A stretch of 64,000 nucleotides of DNA from an uncultured Alphaproteobacteria bacterium (lineage in GTDB: Bacteria > Pseudomonadota > Alphaproteobacteria > Caulobacterales > Caulobacteraceae): contig CAITHQ010000066.1 of the NCBI GenBank assembly GCA_903892305.1, forward strand, positions 688 through 64,687. Direction: 5' to 3'. How positions within the stretch are numbered: the stretch's first letter is position 1; every line of letters begins with the position of its first letter. Below are positions 55,739 through 64,000 of the stretch, one piece after another. The notes below the pieces were generated by a model. The model was not told the origin of the DNA, made no database searches, and saw only the letters and a list, made by a program, of their open reading frames with translations. The position numbers were made by a program, and so were the translations under genes.

Positions 55739-56794
55739 TTAAGACTTGGGCGGCCAGGATGATAAAAGTCCACGCAGGGCAGCGACCAGGGCGAGGGGCT
55801 GGTCGACCATCACATGGTGGGCCGAGTCGGGGATGGCGATCTCAAGGGTATGCTCGGGCAGGGGCGAAGCTTGAGCCGCGGCGCGCCTGGACATGACCAC
55901 GGATCGGTCGCCAAAGATATGCGCCAGGGGAATGGTCACCTGGGGCGGAGCCCCGTCCATAAGGCCACTCATGAGAGAGCGGTCCAGCTTGTTCCACATG
56001 TTGGGATCAAACCGCCAGGTCCAGCCCTCGCCGGAGCCATCTTCCAACGGTGCCTTTTTTAGAGACCGGCGAGCGATGAAGTCGGCAACAAATAGGTTGC
56101 CCGCTGCCTGAGGTGGCATGAACCGGAAGCGGGCCAGGGCGGCTTGCAGGGTCGGGTAGACCTTCTGGGCGCGATCTGCGGTGGGGATATTTCGAACACG
56201 CTCAGCCATTTCCTTGGCCTCTTTGGAATCCGGTGGTGGACCTCCAAATCCGGTATCCACCAGAATGGCAGCCCGCATGCGCTCAGGATGGCGGGCCGCG
56301 GCAAAGAACACCTGTGATCCGCCAAAGGAGTGGCCGATATAGATCGGCTTTACACCGCCCTCATAGAGTCCTGCCGCCTGGGCGACGGCCTCAGCGTCCT
56401 CAGCAAAGTCTTGGAAGGCGTAGGTATCGCGCCAATCTGAGGCGCCCATGCCGGCCAGGGACATGGAAGCAACCCGATAGTCCTGGGCCAGATAGGGAGC
56501 GATGAAGCTCCACCAGTCGGCGTGGGCGGAATTGCCATGAGCCAAGAGCAGGCCAGGCTTGCCGACCTCACCCCAGGCCAAGACTTCAATTTGCGTGCCC
56601 AGGGAGGTGACGAAGGATCGCTCCGGCTCTTGGGCTATGGCGTCGGTGAACCATTTTGGCGCGTCCGGCTCCTTGCCCTGGAAGGGTGCGAGCGGGGCCT
56701 GGACTTCAGGCGGCAAGGCGCCAGGTTCAGAATGGATTGGGCGGTCGTCATATCCGACGGGTGCGCCTTCCTTGATCGCGGGATCGAGTGCCAT
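55739..56794 (-). CDS. alpha/beta hydrolase
   Basis: HGNSAHADWW oxyanion region, nucleophile elbow GHSFGG, C-terminal SAHHVMVD. Confidence 0.85.
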   Translation of the reverse strand: MALDPAIKEGAPVGYDDRPIHSEPGALPPEVQAPLAPFQGKEPDAPKWFTDAIAQEPERSFVTSLGTQIEVLAWGEVGKPGLLLAHGNSAHADWWSFIAPYLAQDYRVASMSLAGMGASDWRDTYAFQDFAEDAEAVAQAAGLYEGGVKPIYIGHSFGGSQVFFAAARHPERMRAAILVDTGFGGPPPDSKEAKEMAERVRNIPTADRAQKVYPTLQAALARFRFMPPQAAGNLFVADFIARRSLKKAPLEDGSGEGWTWRFDPNMWNKLDRSLMSGLMDGAPPQVTIPLAHIFGDRSVVMSRRAAAQASPLPEHTLEIAIPDSAHHVMVDQPLALVAALRGLLSSWPPKS

Positions 56795-56797
56795 AAG

Positions 56798-57265
56798 CTA
56801 TCCTTTCGGCTCACGCTCGCCAGCCTTGCGCTGGATAGAACGTATGCCCTTGTAAACGCCCGTGCCGGTGATGAGGGTGCGATCGCCACACCAAATTCGG
56901 CCGCGGACCGTGAAAATGTCGTCCTGCTCAGAAATAATCTCGCTGTCGCCTTCCACCCAGTCGCCCATGTGAGCACCAGATAAGAAATCGGTCAGTAGCC
57001 TGACTGTGACCCAGCCAATTTCCTTCTTATTGGAAATCACCCGGCCCCAGGCCATGTCGGCAAAGCTCATCAGCATGCCGCCATGGCAATTGTTCATGCC
57101 ATTGGCATGATGCTCCTCAACGCGGAAGGCCATGACTTCGTCATTCTTAGAATCCCGCTTGGAATAAAACGGCCCAACTGTCCGGCCAAAACCCCGCTGC
57201 CACAGGTTTATGACATAACCGTCTGGTACGACGGCGGTCTGGCCTTCTGTTAAATCATCCGACAT
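56798..57265 (-). CDS. PaaI-type hotdog thioesterase
   Basis: [19 protein letters not shown] motif region. Start moved to ATG at 57265. Confidence 0.75.
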   Translation of the reverse strand: MSDDLTEGQTAVVPDGYVINLWQRGFGRTVGPFYSKRDSKNDEVMAFRVEEHHANGMNNCHGGMLMSFADMAWGRVISNKKEIGWVTVRLLTDFLSGAHMGDWVEGDSEIISEQDDIFTVRGRIWCGDRTLITGTGVYKGIRSIQRKAGEREPKG

Positions 57266-57400
57266 GGCGGCAGGGTGATGAACGCAGGTTTGAAACTTGG
57301 CAAGTCCTGAGCGATCCAAGGGACGTTTTGACCTGACGCAAGGCCCAACGCCGTTGGGACCCGCATACTCTTAGGCGTTTCCTTCCCCCGGGAGCTTGCC

Positions 57401-58090
57401 TTGACGTCCCTGACCCTATTGGGCGGTCTCATCCTCGGACTTGTGAGCTCTTTGCATTGCGTCGTCATGTGCGGCGGGGTGGGCGGTGCCCTGTCCATAT
57501 CCCTGGGACGCACCGGCGCCCTCTCTGATCGCGCACGCGCCTTGGCCATGGCCCAGATCGGAAAGCTGGTCGCCTATGTGACGGCTGGCGCTTTGGTCGG
57601 GGGCCTCGGGTCGACCCTTTATGGACTGTTTGATCAGCACGCCGCCTATGCGGTCCTGCAAAGGTTTGGTGCTCTGGTTTTGATATGGACCGCTATCTCC
57701 TTGACCGGCCTCCTACCCTCTCCGGCAATTCTTGGCCGAGCCTTCGCCCCGCTCAGCCGCTGGGCCTGGGCCGAACAGCGTCGCGGACAAGGTTGGGCGG
57801 CCCTGGTCGCCGGTTTGGTCTGGGGACTAATGCCCTGCGGCATGGTCTACGCCGCCTTGATGTACGCCATGTTGGCGGGAGACGCCCTGCGCGGTGCCCT
57901 TGTTATGCTGGGATTTGCCTTGGGAGTATCACCACTCCTGACTGCGTCGTCGCTCGGCGTGGCATGGCTTGGCAAGACTGACCGCCGCCCTGCTCTGCAA
58001 TGGGTGGCGGGGCTGGCCCTCATCGCGGTTTCGATCACAACCCTGGTCTGGCCCAATGTCGCGAGCACCCTTTGTCGCCCAAGCCTATAG
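57401..58090 (+). CDS. TauE/SafE- or DsbD_2-type membrane protein
   Basis: SSLHCVVMCGG motif in TM1 and a second MPCGMVY motif. About six TM helices. TTG start. Confidence 0.7.
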   Translation: MTSLTLLGGLILGLVSSLHCVVMCGGVGGALSISLGRTGALSDRARALAMAQIGKLVAYVTAGALVGGLGSTLYGLFDQHAAYAVLQRFGALVLIWTAISLTGLLPSPAILGRAFAPLSRWAWAEQRRGQGWAALVAGLVWGLMPCGMVYAALMYAMLAGDALRGALVMLGFALGVSPLLTASSLGVAWLGKTDRRPALQWVAGLALIAVSITTLVWPNVASTLCRPSL

Positions 58091-58171
58091 AAACCAATTC
58101 AGCCACAGGTGCTCAATGAATGGGAATTGCCGAGACTTTAGTTTTACGAGGAGCAAATTAAACCATCAGGA

Positions 58172-58249
58172 TTTAACCCTGTTTTCAGACCCTTGACGCA
58201 CATTGCACAAAACGGGTTTCGGCAGGAGCTTTCGCTGGACTTTAACCCT
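58172..58249 (+). promoter_or_regulatory. pair of direct repeats GGA(C)TTTAACCCT in the AT-rich leader of the paralog pair
   Basis: TTTAACCCT at 58172-58180 and 58241-58249, each preceded by GGA or GGAC, 69 bp apart. A TTGACG hexamer lies at 58193-58198 between them. Confidence 0.35.
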
Positions 58250-58344
58250 TAGATATCCCACCACCCCTAATTGTGTGGCCAACTTGTCAGGTGCATCCTG
58301 CGACTCTTGGCCGAAGGCGAGAGATAGGAAAGAAATAGGTCCGT

Positions 58345-59457
58345 ATGGCCGCTAGCTCAGATCGTTCAATCCGAAATCTGGGAGCCTTACAGAAGACGGC
58401 GTCAACCAGCCGTGTCCTAAATCTTCTGGCCGTCGGGGCAGAGCATCGGTCCGATCCTGAATATCTCAGCCATTCCTTTTTCAAAAACTCGATTTTGAAC
58501 GAGTCCCTTATCCTCAAGCACCGTCTGCGTGCCGATGAGCGGTTCGTCTTCAATGATCAAAGGCATATTGCGACCAAGGTCATCATCCCCTTTGAGCGTA
58601 GTGACCTACGCATGGGTGGCCGATCCTTTTTCGTGGGACAGCGAGGCTGGACCAGCATGGTGCAGGAGCTGACGGCCGATGGCGATAAGATCGATCGAGA
58701 TGTAGCGGTCCTTGAAGCTCTGGATGAAATTCCATCCCTTGACCCATTCCTGCTTCGTGAACATTTGAGCCGCCGCGGGTTCCCTATTTCTGCACTCTAT
58801 TTCGCCATTTCTGATGCAGACATGGAGCGCATGCAGGCTTTTGTCGGCGGGCAAATCTGCGAATTGATCGATATGGCCTTTCCGAAAGGCTCACATACCG
58901 GCTCTGAAAGAATGGCCACAGTGCTCTTATCCAACAAGATCGACGAGCGCCTAGAACCGCTTCGATTGGTTATGCGTCTGGACGCAGACACTTACCGGGA
59001 GGGCATCTTCTGCTGGAAGGGCTTCCTTTATTACAAGTGGGCCCTAGCCGATATGGCTCCCAAATTGGCCGTTGTACTTAAGGAACTACCCATGCTTCGC
59101 CCGGCTGGACACCGGGACAGGGAACTCTTGGTCTATATTGAGCAGGCGCGTGGTCGCCTGATGAAGGCCATTATGCAAAGACGTAAAGAGGTCACGGATG
59201 CCCTTACGGTCTATGACGACGCCTACCGGGATTTGACCAAGAACGGCAAGCCCATGGCCTTTCGTGACTTCCTGCTAAAGGCACCGACCATGTTCATGGT
59301 CCTTGGCGAGCGCATCGGCTCCATTTCGCATATTTCGAGCTTTTGGCGGTATCGATTTAAGGATCACCGCGATCTTGCGGCCCCGATCGAGGAAATCGTC
59401 GATATTCTATCGGACTTTGAATCCAACCTCGCCAGCTTCGAAAATTTCGCGGCCTAG
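58345..59457 (+). CDS. hypothetical protein, paralog 1 of a tandem pair (370 aa), no recognisable domain
   Basis: Long ORF with an ATG start. Coding status is supported by gap-free end-to-end similarity to the next ORF. No signal peptide, TM helix or catalytic motif recognised. A/T-richer codon use than the neighbours. Confidence 0.8.
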   Translation: MAASSDRSIRNLGALQKTASTSRVLNLLAVGAEHRSDPEYLSHSFFKNSILNESLILKHRLRADERFVFNDQRHIATKVIIPFERSDLRMGGRSFFVGQRGWTSMVQELTADGDKIDRDVAVLEALDEIPSLDPFLLREHLSRRGFPISALYFAISDADMERMQAFVGGQICELIDMAFPKGSHTGSERMATVLLSNKIDERLEPLRLVMRLDADTYREGIFCWKGFLYYKWALADMAPKLAVVLKELPMLRPAGHRDRELLVYIEQARGRLMKAIMQRRKEVTDALTVYDDAYRDLTKNGKPMAFRDFLLKAPTMFMVLGERIGSISHISSFWRYRFKDHRDLAAPIEEIVDILSDFESNLASFENFAA

Positions 59458-59493
59458 GCCATTATTCTGAAATTAACGGCAAGGACCCAAAGT

Positions 59494-59517
59494 ATTGCGG
59501 TGGTCACATACCGCAAT
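59494..59517 (+). other. perfect 8-bp inverted repeat between the two paralogs
   Basis: ATTGCGGT (59494-59501), 8-nt loop, ACCGCAAT (59510-59517). No U-tract follows, so it is not a canonical terminator. Confidence 0.45.
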
Positions 59518-59533
59518 GAGGCTTTGAGGATTA

Positions 59534-60652
59534 GTGAGCGTGCTAGGTGGAAATACCGATGGATCGGTCCGCAAACTAGACGAGCTTGAAAAAACAGCGT
59601 CAACGAGCCGCGTCCTGAACCTGCTGGCGATTGCGCGGGAGCACAAGCACGAGGCGGACTACCTGGCGCATCCGTTTTTCCGGAACCAGGTGTTGAATGA
59701 GGCCATTATCCTGAAACACAGGATCCGGCCGGACGAGCGGTTCGTGTTCGACTCGCCCAAGAATATCGGCACCAAAGTGATTATCCCTTTTGAGCGCTCT
59801 GATCTGGAGATTGGGGGGCGCTCGTTCTTTGTCGGACAAAGGGGTTGGACCGATCTGGTCCAGGAGCTGGCAGGCAGCGACCAGAAAATTCAGCACGATC
59901 TCACCGTCCTTCTTGCGCTGGATGAATTGCCGTCCTTGGACCCCTTCTTGCTGCGCGAGCATCTGAGCCGCCGCCAGTTTCACGTCTCAAACCTCTATTT
60001 CTCGATTTCCAGCGCAGACCTGGATCGCATGCAGACCTACGTGGCGTCCAAGATCATGCGCATTATCGAGATGGCGTTTCCCAATGGCGCAGACACGGGG
60101 ACAGTCAAACTCGCCTCATTACTCCTGATGTCACAGCTTGATGACCGCCTGGAACCCCTGCGCCTTGTGCTTCGCCTTGAGGAAGACGCTTATCTAGAGG
60201 GCATGTTTAGCTGGAAGGGCTTCCTCTATTATCAATGGGCGCTTGCAGACATCGACCCCCGACTGGCATCCATGCTGAAAGACCTGCCAAACCTACAAGC
60301 TTCTGGCCGCCAAGATGTCTCAAGAGCCCAATACATCCGGGAGGCAAAAATCCGGATTACACAAGGCGTTCGGGCGCGCAGGCACGAGGTTGCCCAGATT
60401 CTAGAGAGTTACCTTTCGGCCTATCGGGACCTGACCCAAAACGACAGGCCCATGTCCTTTCGCGACTTCATCTTGCAGGCACCCGCCAAGTTCATGGTCC
60501 TGGGGGATAAGATGGGGGCGATCTCCCACTTGGCGAGCTTCTGGAAATACCGCTTCGCGGGCACCAATGAACTGATCGCACCCATGGATGAGGTGCTCGC
60601 AATCCTGGAAGATTTCCAGAGCGCCTTAGGGTCACCGTCCTATGACCACTAA
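59534..60652 (+). CDS. hypothetical protein, paralog 2 of a tandem pair (372 aa), no recognisable domain
   Basis: Collinear with paralog 1. The ORF-track start is GTG at 59534. GTG at 59540 has better spacing to GAGGA (59526-59530). Confidence 0.8.
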   Translation: MSVLGGNTDGSVRKLDELEKTASTSRVLNLLAIAREHKHEADYLAHPFFRNQVLNEAIILKHRIRPDERFVFDSPKNIGTKVIIPFERSDLEIGGRSFFVGQRGWTDLVQELAGSDQKIQHDLTVLLALDELPSLDPFLLREHLSRRQFHVSNLYFSISSADLDRMQTYVASKIMRIIEMAFPNGADTGTVKLASLLLMSQLDDRLEPLRLVLRLEEDAYLEGMFSWKGFLYYQWALADIDPRLASMLKDLPNLQASGRQDVSRAQYIREAKIRITQGVRARRHEVAQILESYLSAYRDLTQNDRPMSFRDFILQAPAKFMVLGDKMGAISHLASFWKYRFAGTNELIAPMDEVLAILEDFQSALGSPSYDH

Positions 60653-60665
60653 TGGCGATCATTGA

Positions 60666-62822
60666 TTATGGCGCGATCAGGGTTCCCGTCAGCAGGACAG
60701 AGCCAGAAAGAGACATCTGTTGGGCGTTAGGCCCTAAGGTGACCTCCATCGGGCTTGGGTCAATCCGCCAACCCGGGACACCAACATCATAGGTCGCAAG
60801 CAGCCTTGGATCTGCGGTCACGGTCACTTGACGGCTTTCCCCGGCCTTTAGGCTGACCCTTGCCCACCCGATCAATCGAGACCCGCCCGCCACCCGGGCA
60901 TAGACCTGGGCCGTTTCAACGCCCTGTCGTGCACCTGTGTTGGTCACTTCGAATTTGGCAGTGATTGTTTCACCGCCTGTCAGGGTCAGGGCGCTATAGG
61001 CGAAATCCGTATAGGAAAGCCCAAAGCCGAAGGGAAACAAAGGCTTGGAACCCTGCCGATCATGCCATCTATACCCGATATCAGCGCCTTCTGGGTGGTC
61101 GACGGAAAAGCGACCCTTGTGTTGCTGCACATCCGGCCGGGTGGTGGGCAGGGTTTGACCCTCAATCGGCGGTCCGAAAATCAGCCCGGGAATTTCCGGC
61201 CTTACGAGGTCCTCGACGCTGCACGGAAAGCTGATGGGTAAGCGTCCCGACGGGTTTACCTCACCAAACAGGACCCGAGAAATCGCCTCACCGCCGCGGG
61301 TTCCAGAATACCAAGCCTGAAGAACGCCAGCGACCTGATCAAGCCAAGGCATAACCACCGGTGTTCCAGTCTCCAGCACCACAATGGTCTTGGTGTTCAC
61401 GCTCGCGATGCTAGCGATCAGTGCGTCCTGATCGTCAGGCAGGTTTAGGCTGGGGAGGTCTTCGGCTTCGGTCGCCCACTGGGTTGCAAAGACAATGGCA
61501 AGGTCGCAATTTCGCGCCAGATCCGCTGCGGCGGCCGGGTCAGATCCATCATTGAACATAAACTGGGTCTGCGGTGCCTCGGCTTCCATGGCGCGCAAGG
61601 GTGAAGACGGGTGGTATGTCACTTTGACAAAGGCTCCAGCGACGCCACCGACCTCCAGTTCAAGGCCGGGTACCCCCACGGGAATGACCTGTGACGACCC
61701 GCCGCCAGAGAGGACGCCCTGATCCGCATGCCCGCCAATGACGGCAATCCGGCGGACCTTGCGCGATAGGGGCAGGACGCTGTTCTGGTTCTTAAGCAGG
61801 ACAATACCGTGCTCAGCCGCCTTGAGCGCGACCTCGCCATTAGCGGCATAGTCTGTCTCTCGGCGCTCCGTCGGCGCGTCGAAGACCCCATGGTGAAACA
61901 GGCTGCGTAGAATGCGCTGGACCATGTCCGACAGGCGCTCAAATGGTACTTCGCCATCTTCGATGGCCACCTTCAAGGACGCTCCGAAATAGACCTGCTT
62001 GTCCAGCTGTTCGCCGCTCTCTTGATCCAGACCGGCCATGACGGCTTTGGCGGTCGAATGCACTGCGCCCCAGTCGCTCATCACCCAGCCGCGATACCCC
62101 CAGTCCTTCTTCAGGACCTGGGTCAGCAAGAACTCGTTCTCCCCGGCCCATTCGCCATTGACCTTGTTATAGGCGCACATGATCGAGCCGGGGTCGCCGT
62201 CTTCGATGGCGATCTGAAAAGCCAGCAGGTCGCTCTCGCGCAGGGCTGCCTCATCAATCCGTGCATCGACCACATGGCGGCAGGTCTCCTGGTCATTGAG
62301 CGCAAAGTGTTTGAGGGTGCAGACAATCTGGTTGGACTGCGCGCCCTTGATCCCTGCGCCCGCCAATTTCCCTGCGAGCAAGGGGTCTTCGCCCAGATAT
62401 TCGAAATTGCGACCGCAGCGTGGCTCGCGGGTCAGGTTGGCACCGCCGCCCAGCAGAACATTGAACCCCTTGTCTCGGGCTTCGGATCCCACCATGGCAC
62501 CGGCTTCATAGGCTAGGTCAATGTCCCAGCTGGAGGCCAGGGCGAGTCCTGAGGGAAGCCCTGTGGCGCCGTCGCCCGCGCGCACCCGGCGTGGATTGGC
62601 GATTCCCAGGCTGGCGTCAGTCTCATTCAGGGGCGGAATACCAAGCCTCGGGACACCTGGAATATAGCCCGCGCCCATGGCCGCATCCTCTGGCGGTGGA
62701 TTGCAGAGGGCCGGCATGGGGCCGTGGACAAGGCTGATCATTTCATCAAGGGTCAGCTGGGCGACCAATAGATCTGCGCGTTCGTCAGCCGATAGCGCCG
62801 TATTCATCCACGGTTGGGTCAT
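60666..62822 (-). CDS. glycoside hydrolase family 3 (beta-glucosidase-like)
   Basis: GH3 motifs KHFALNDQE and nucleophile region VMSDWGA. C-terminal beta-sandwich domains. Start moved to ATG at 62822 (MTQPWMNTALSADERA), 10 nt after the upstream stop. No signal peptide seen. Confidence 0.9.
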   Translation of the reverse strand: MTQPWMNTALSADERADLLVAQLTLDEMISLVHGPMPALCNPPPEDAAMGAGYIPGVPRLGIPPLNETDASLGIANPRRVRAGDGATGLPSGLALASSWDIDLAYEAGAMVGSEARDKGFNVLLGGGANLTREPRCGRNFEYLGEDPLLAGKLAGAGIKGAQSNQIVCTLKHFALNDQETCRHVVDARIDEAALRESDLLAFQIAIEDGDPGSIMCAYNKVNGEWAGENEFLLTQVLKKDWGYRGWVMSDWGAVHSTAKAVMAGLDQESGEQLDKQVYFGASLKVAIEDGEVPFERLSDMVQRILRSLFHHGVFDAPTERRETDYAANGEVALKAAEHGIVLLKNQNSVLPLSRKVRRIAVIGGHADQGVLSGGGSSQVIPVGVPGLELEVGGVAGAFVKVTYHPSSPLRAMEAEAPQTQFMFNDGSDPAAAADLARNCDLAIVFATQWATEAEDLPSLNLPDDQDALIASIASVNTKTIVVLETGTPVVMPWLDQVAGVLQAWYSGTRGGEAISRVLFGEVNPSGRLPISFPCSVEDLVRPEIPGLIFGPPIEGQTLPTTRPDVQQHKGRFSVDHPEGADIGYRWHDRQGSKPLFPFGFGLSYTDFAYSALTLTGGETITAKFEVTNTGARQGVETAQVYARVAGGSRLIGWARVSLKAGESRQVTVTADPRLLATYDVGVPGWRIDPSPMEVTLGPNAQQMSLSGSVLLTGTLIAP

Positions 62823-62832
62823 GATCTTCCAC

Positions 62833-63642
62833 CTAGTTGTAGGGCGAGGCCTTGGCCGTTTCAGCTTCGAGGGCGCAGGCGGCGGGGTCTGGCACCGGGC
62901 CCGCAAGGCGGGCCTTGGCGACCTCAGCCCGAGCGACGTCCAGATCCTTACGGAAAACCTCTGACCCGTGCAGGCCCGCCACCAGGATCGAGGCGTTGGT
63001 TCGACCCGACTCAACGGCGCTCATGGTGTGGACGCCGCAGACGAGGCGACTTTCGCCAAAGGCCCGGGCGCGGGCCAGAATTTCGGTGGCGCGATCAGGT
63101 GCCAGCTCAGCCAGGATCAGGCCAATCGTCCAGCCAAAGGTGACGTGTCCCGACGGGTAGTCCGAGCTGGCAGAAAGGGCGGCTGACTGCTCGACGCAGG
63201 TCGGGCCGGGATCGGTCAAATAGGGGCGCGGGCGCTTATAATTGTCTTTGGGGTTGTTGGTCGCCCAGGCGACGTCAGGGCCCAACTTGGCAATCATGGC
63301 GCTAAAACGAGGGGCGTTTTGCGGCGTGAGTTCGACGCCCACGGCGCAGCTCATATCCTTCACCGCCCCGCCAAGATTGACGTCATTGATCGCCATGGCC
63401 CAGCGGGGCGAGTCTTTCAGGCGACGGGTGGCCAGGAAGGTGGCCCGGTCAGACTCCCACCGAATGGTGCCAGGCGTCGGCGCAGGCGGTAGGATCTTGT
63501 AGGTGTCGGGTGCCGCCTTTCCGAGATAGCCGCTAGAGACGCCCAGGGTCATGGAGGCGGGCTTGGTCGCAACCTCCGCGAGGGCACCCCCCGCCAGAAC
63601 CGCCAGCACACCGACGAAAATTCCTGCTCTTGCCCTGGTCAT
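62833..63642 (-). CDS. class A (PAP2) acid phosphatase, secreted
   Basis: Signal peptide. PAP2 motifs KDNYKRPRP, YPSGH and SRLVCGVHTMSA. Start moved to ATG at 63642 (AGGGAGG RBS). Confidence 0.85.
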   Translation of the reverse strand: MTRARAGIFVGVLAVLAGGALAEVATKPASMTLGVSSGYLGKAAPDTYKILPPAPTPGTIRWESDRATFLATRRLKDSPRWAMAINDVNLGGAVKDMSCAVGVELTPQNAPRFSAMIAKLGPDVAWATNNPKDNYKRPRPYLTDPGPTCVEQSAALSASSDYPSGHVTFGWTIGLILAELAPDRATEILARARAFGESRLVCGVHTMSAVESGRTNASILVAGLHGSEVFRKDLDVARAEVAKARLAGPVPDPAACALEAETAKASPYN

Positions 63643-63823
63643 ATCATAGCCTCCCTTGATTGGGCCCATCATGCCCAGTGGCGAAGGCCTTGGGAACCGG
63701 TCTGATTGGTTTTCGCGCTTGGTCGGCCTGAAACGAGTTAAAGGAGACCTTGGAATTGATGCATTCAAGGTGCCAGTCTGGTGGGATATCTGTAATGTTG
63801 CAGAGCTGAACGTGGAACCGCGA

Positions 63824-64000
63824 ATGGATCCCGAACATCAGGATGGAAAGCGACCGCGGGCGGGTCACTATGAGGCCATGCGACAGCGGGCAGAACGCCT
63901 CGCCTGGCGGATTATTCCAGCTAGGCCGTTCGAACCCAGAGAGGTTCGCCTGTGGTTTCCCCTAACCCTGGTTATGGTCCTGCTCTCGCCCCTGCTCCTG
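63824..64000 (+). CDS. possible 5' end of a membrane protein gene running off the window
   Basis: Frame open from ATG at 63824 (in-frame GTGs lie further upstream) to base 64000. It ends in the hydrophobic stretch LWFPLTLVMVLLSPLLL. No RBS or homology support. Confidence 0.2.
   Translation, partial: MDPEHQDGKRPRAGHYEAMRQRAERLAWRIIPARPFEPREVRLWFPLTLVMVLLSPLLL

Noticed and set aside
58150-58180. CtrA-type TTAA-N7-TTAA box in the paralog leader.
   Set aside because: The two TTAA motifs here are separated by 11 nt, not 7. No exact TTAA-N7-TTAA was seen in the intergenic regions I read.
58091-60665. Calling the low-GC paralog locus a mobile element or genomic island.
   Set aside because: I found no integrase, transposase, tRNA target, flanking direct repeats or terminal inverted repeats. 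Only composition and context hint at foreign origin, so it is reported as a finding and not annotated as a mobile_element.
63759-63812. A 17-codon ORF preceded by AAGGAGA (63741-63747) at the window end, considered as a leader peptide.
   Set aside because: It is very short, has no downstream attenuator structure that I could see, and its context is cut off by the window edge.

Overview
High-GC, densely coding alphaproteobacterial (Caulobacterales-like) chromosomal segment. I support about 65 CDS. By eye I found no rRNA, tRNA, CRISPR array, transposase or integrase. The recognisable core is an SOS-box-preceded ruvC-ruvA-ruvB-ybgC-tolQ-tolR-tolA-tolB-pal-cpoB-tilS block (42.06-50.84 kb) and a pntAA-pntAB-pntB transhydrogenase operon (52.3-55.2 kb). 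Most of the rest is lipid, acyl-CoA and small-molecule metabolism: an SCP-x type thiolase with a DUF35 partner, a P450 operon, an acyl-CoA synthetase, a crotonase, three thioesterases, two SDRs, a nitronate monooxygenase, three alpha/beta hydrolases and a VOC protein. It also holds envelope and secreted functions: a Tat-exported phospholipase C, an M28 peptidase, a LemA-TPM-TPM module, a heterodimeric ABC exporter, a GH3 glycosidase and a class A acid phosphatase. A MoxR/VWA pair lies next to a two-subunit molybdenum hydroxylase. The most unusual locus is at 58.09-60.65 kb. Two adjacent, full-length paralogous ORFs of about 370 aa carry no motif I can recognise. They sit behind a 254-bp AT-rich leader in a visibly lower-GC pocket, with no mobility genes nearby. 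I flag this as the best candidate for an undescribed two-gene module. Secondary observations: an RNase H-like protein lacking two of the four catalytic carboxylates, an SDR lacking the catalytic Ser and Tyr, an acid phosphatase lacking the relay Asp, a P450 tightly coupled to a kinase-fold protein, a repeated CTAGAGCATGT-type palindromic intergenic element, and repeated convergent stop-codon overlaps. All calls rest on by-eye motif reading and hand translation. No database search was run.
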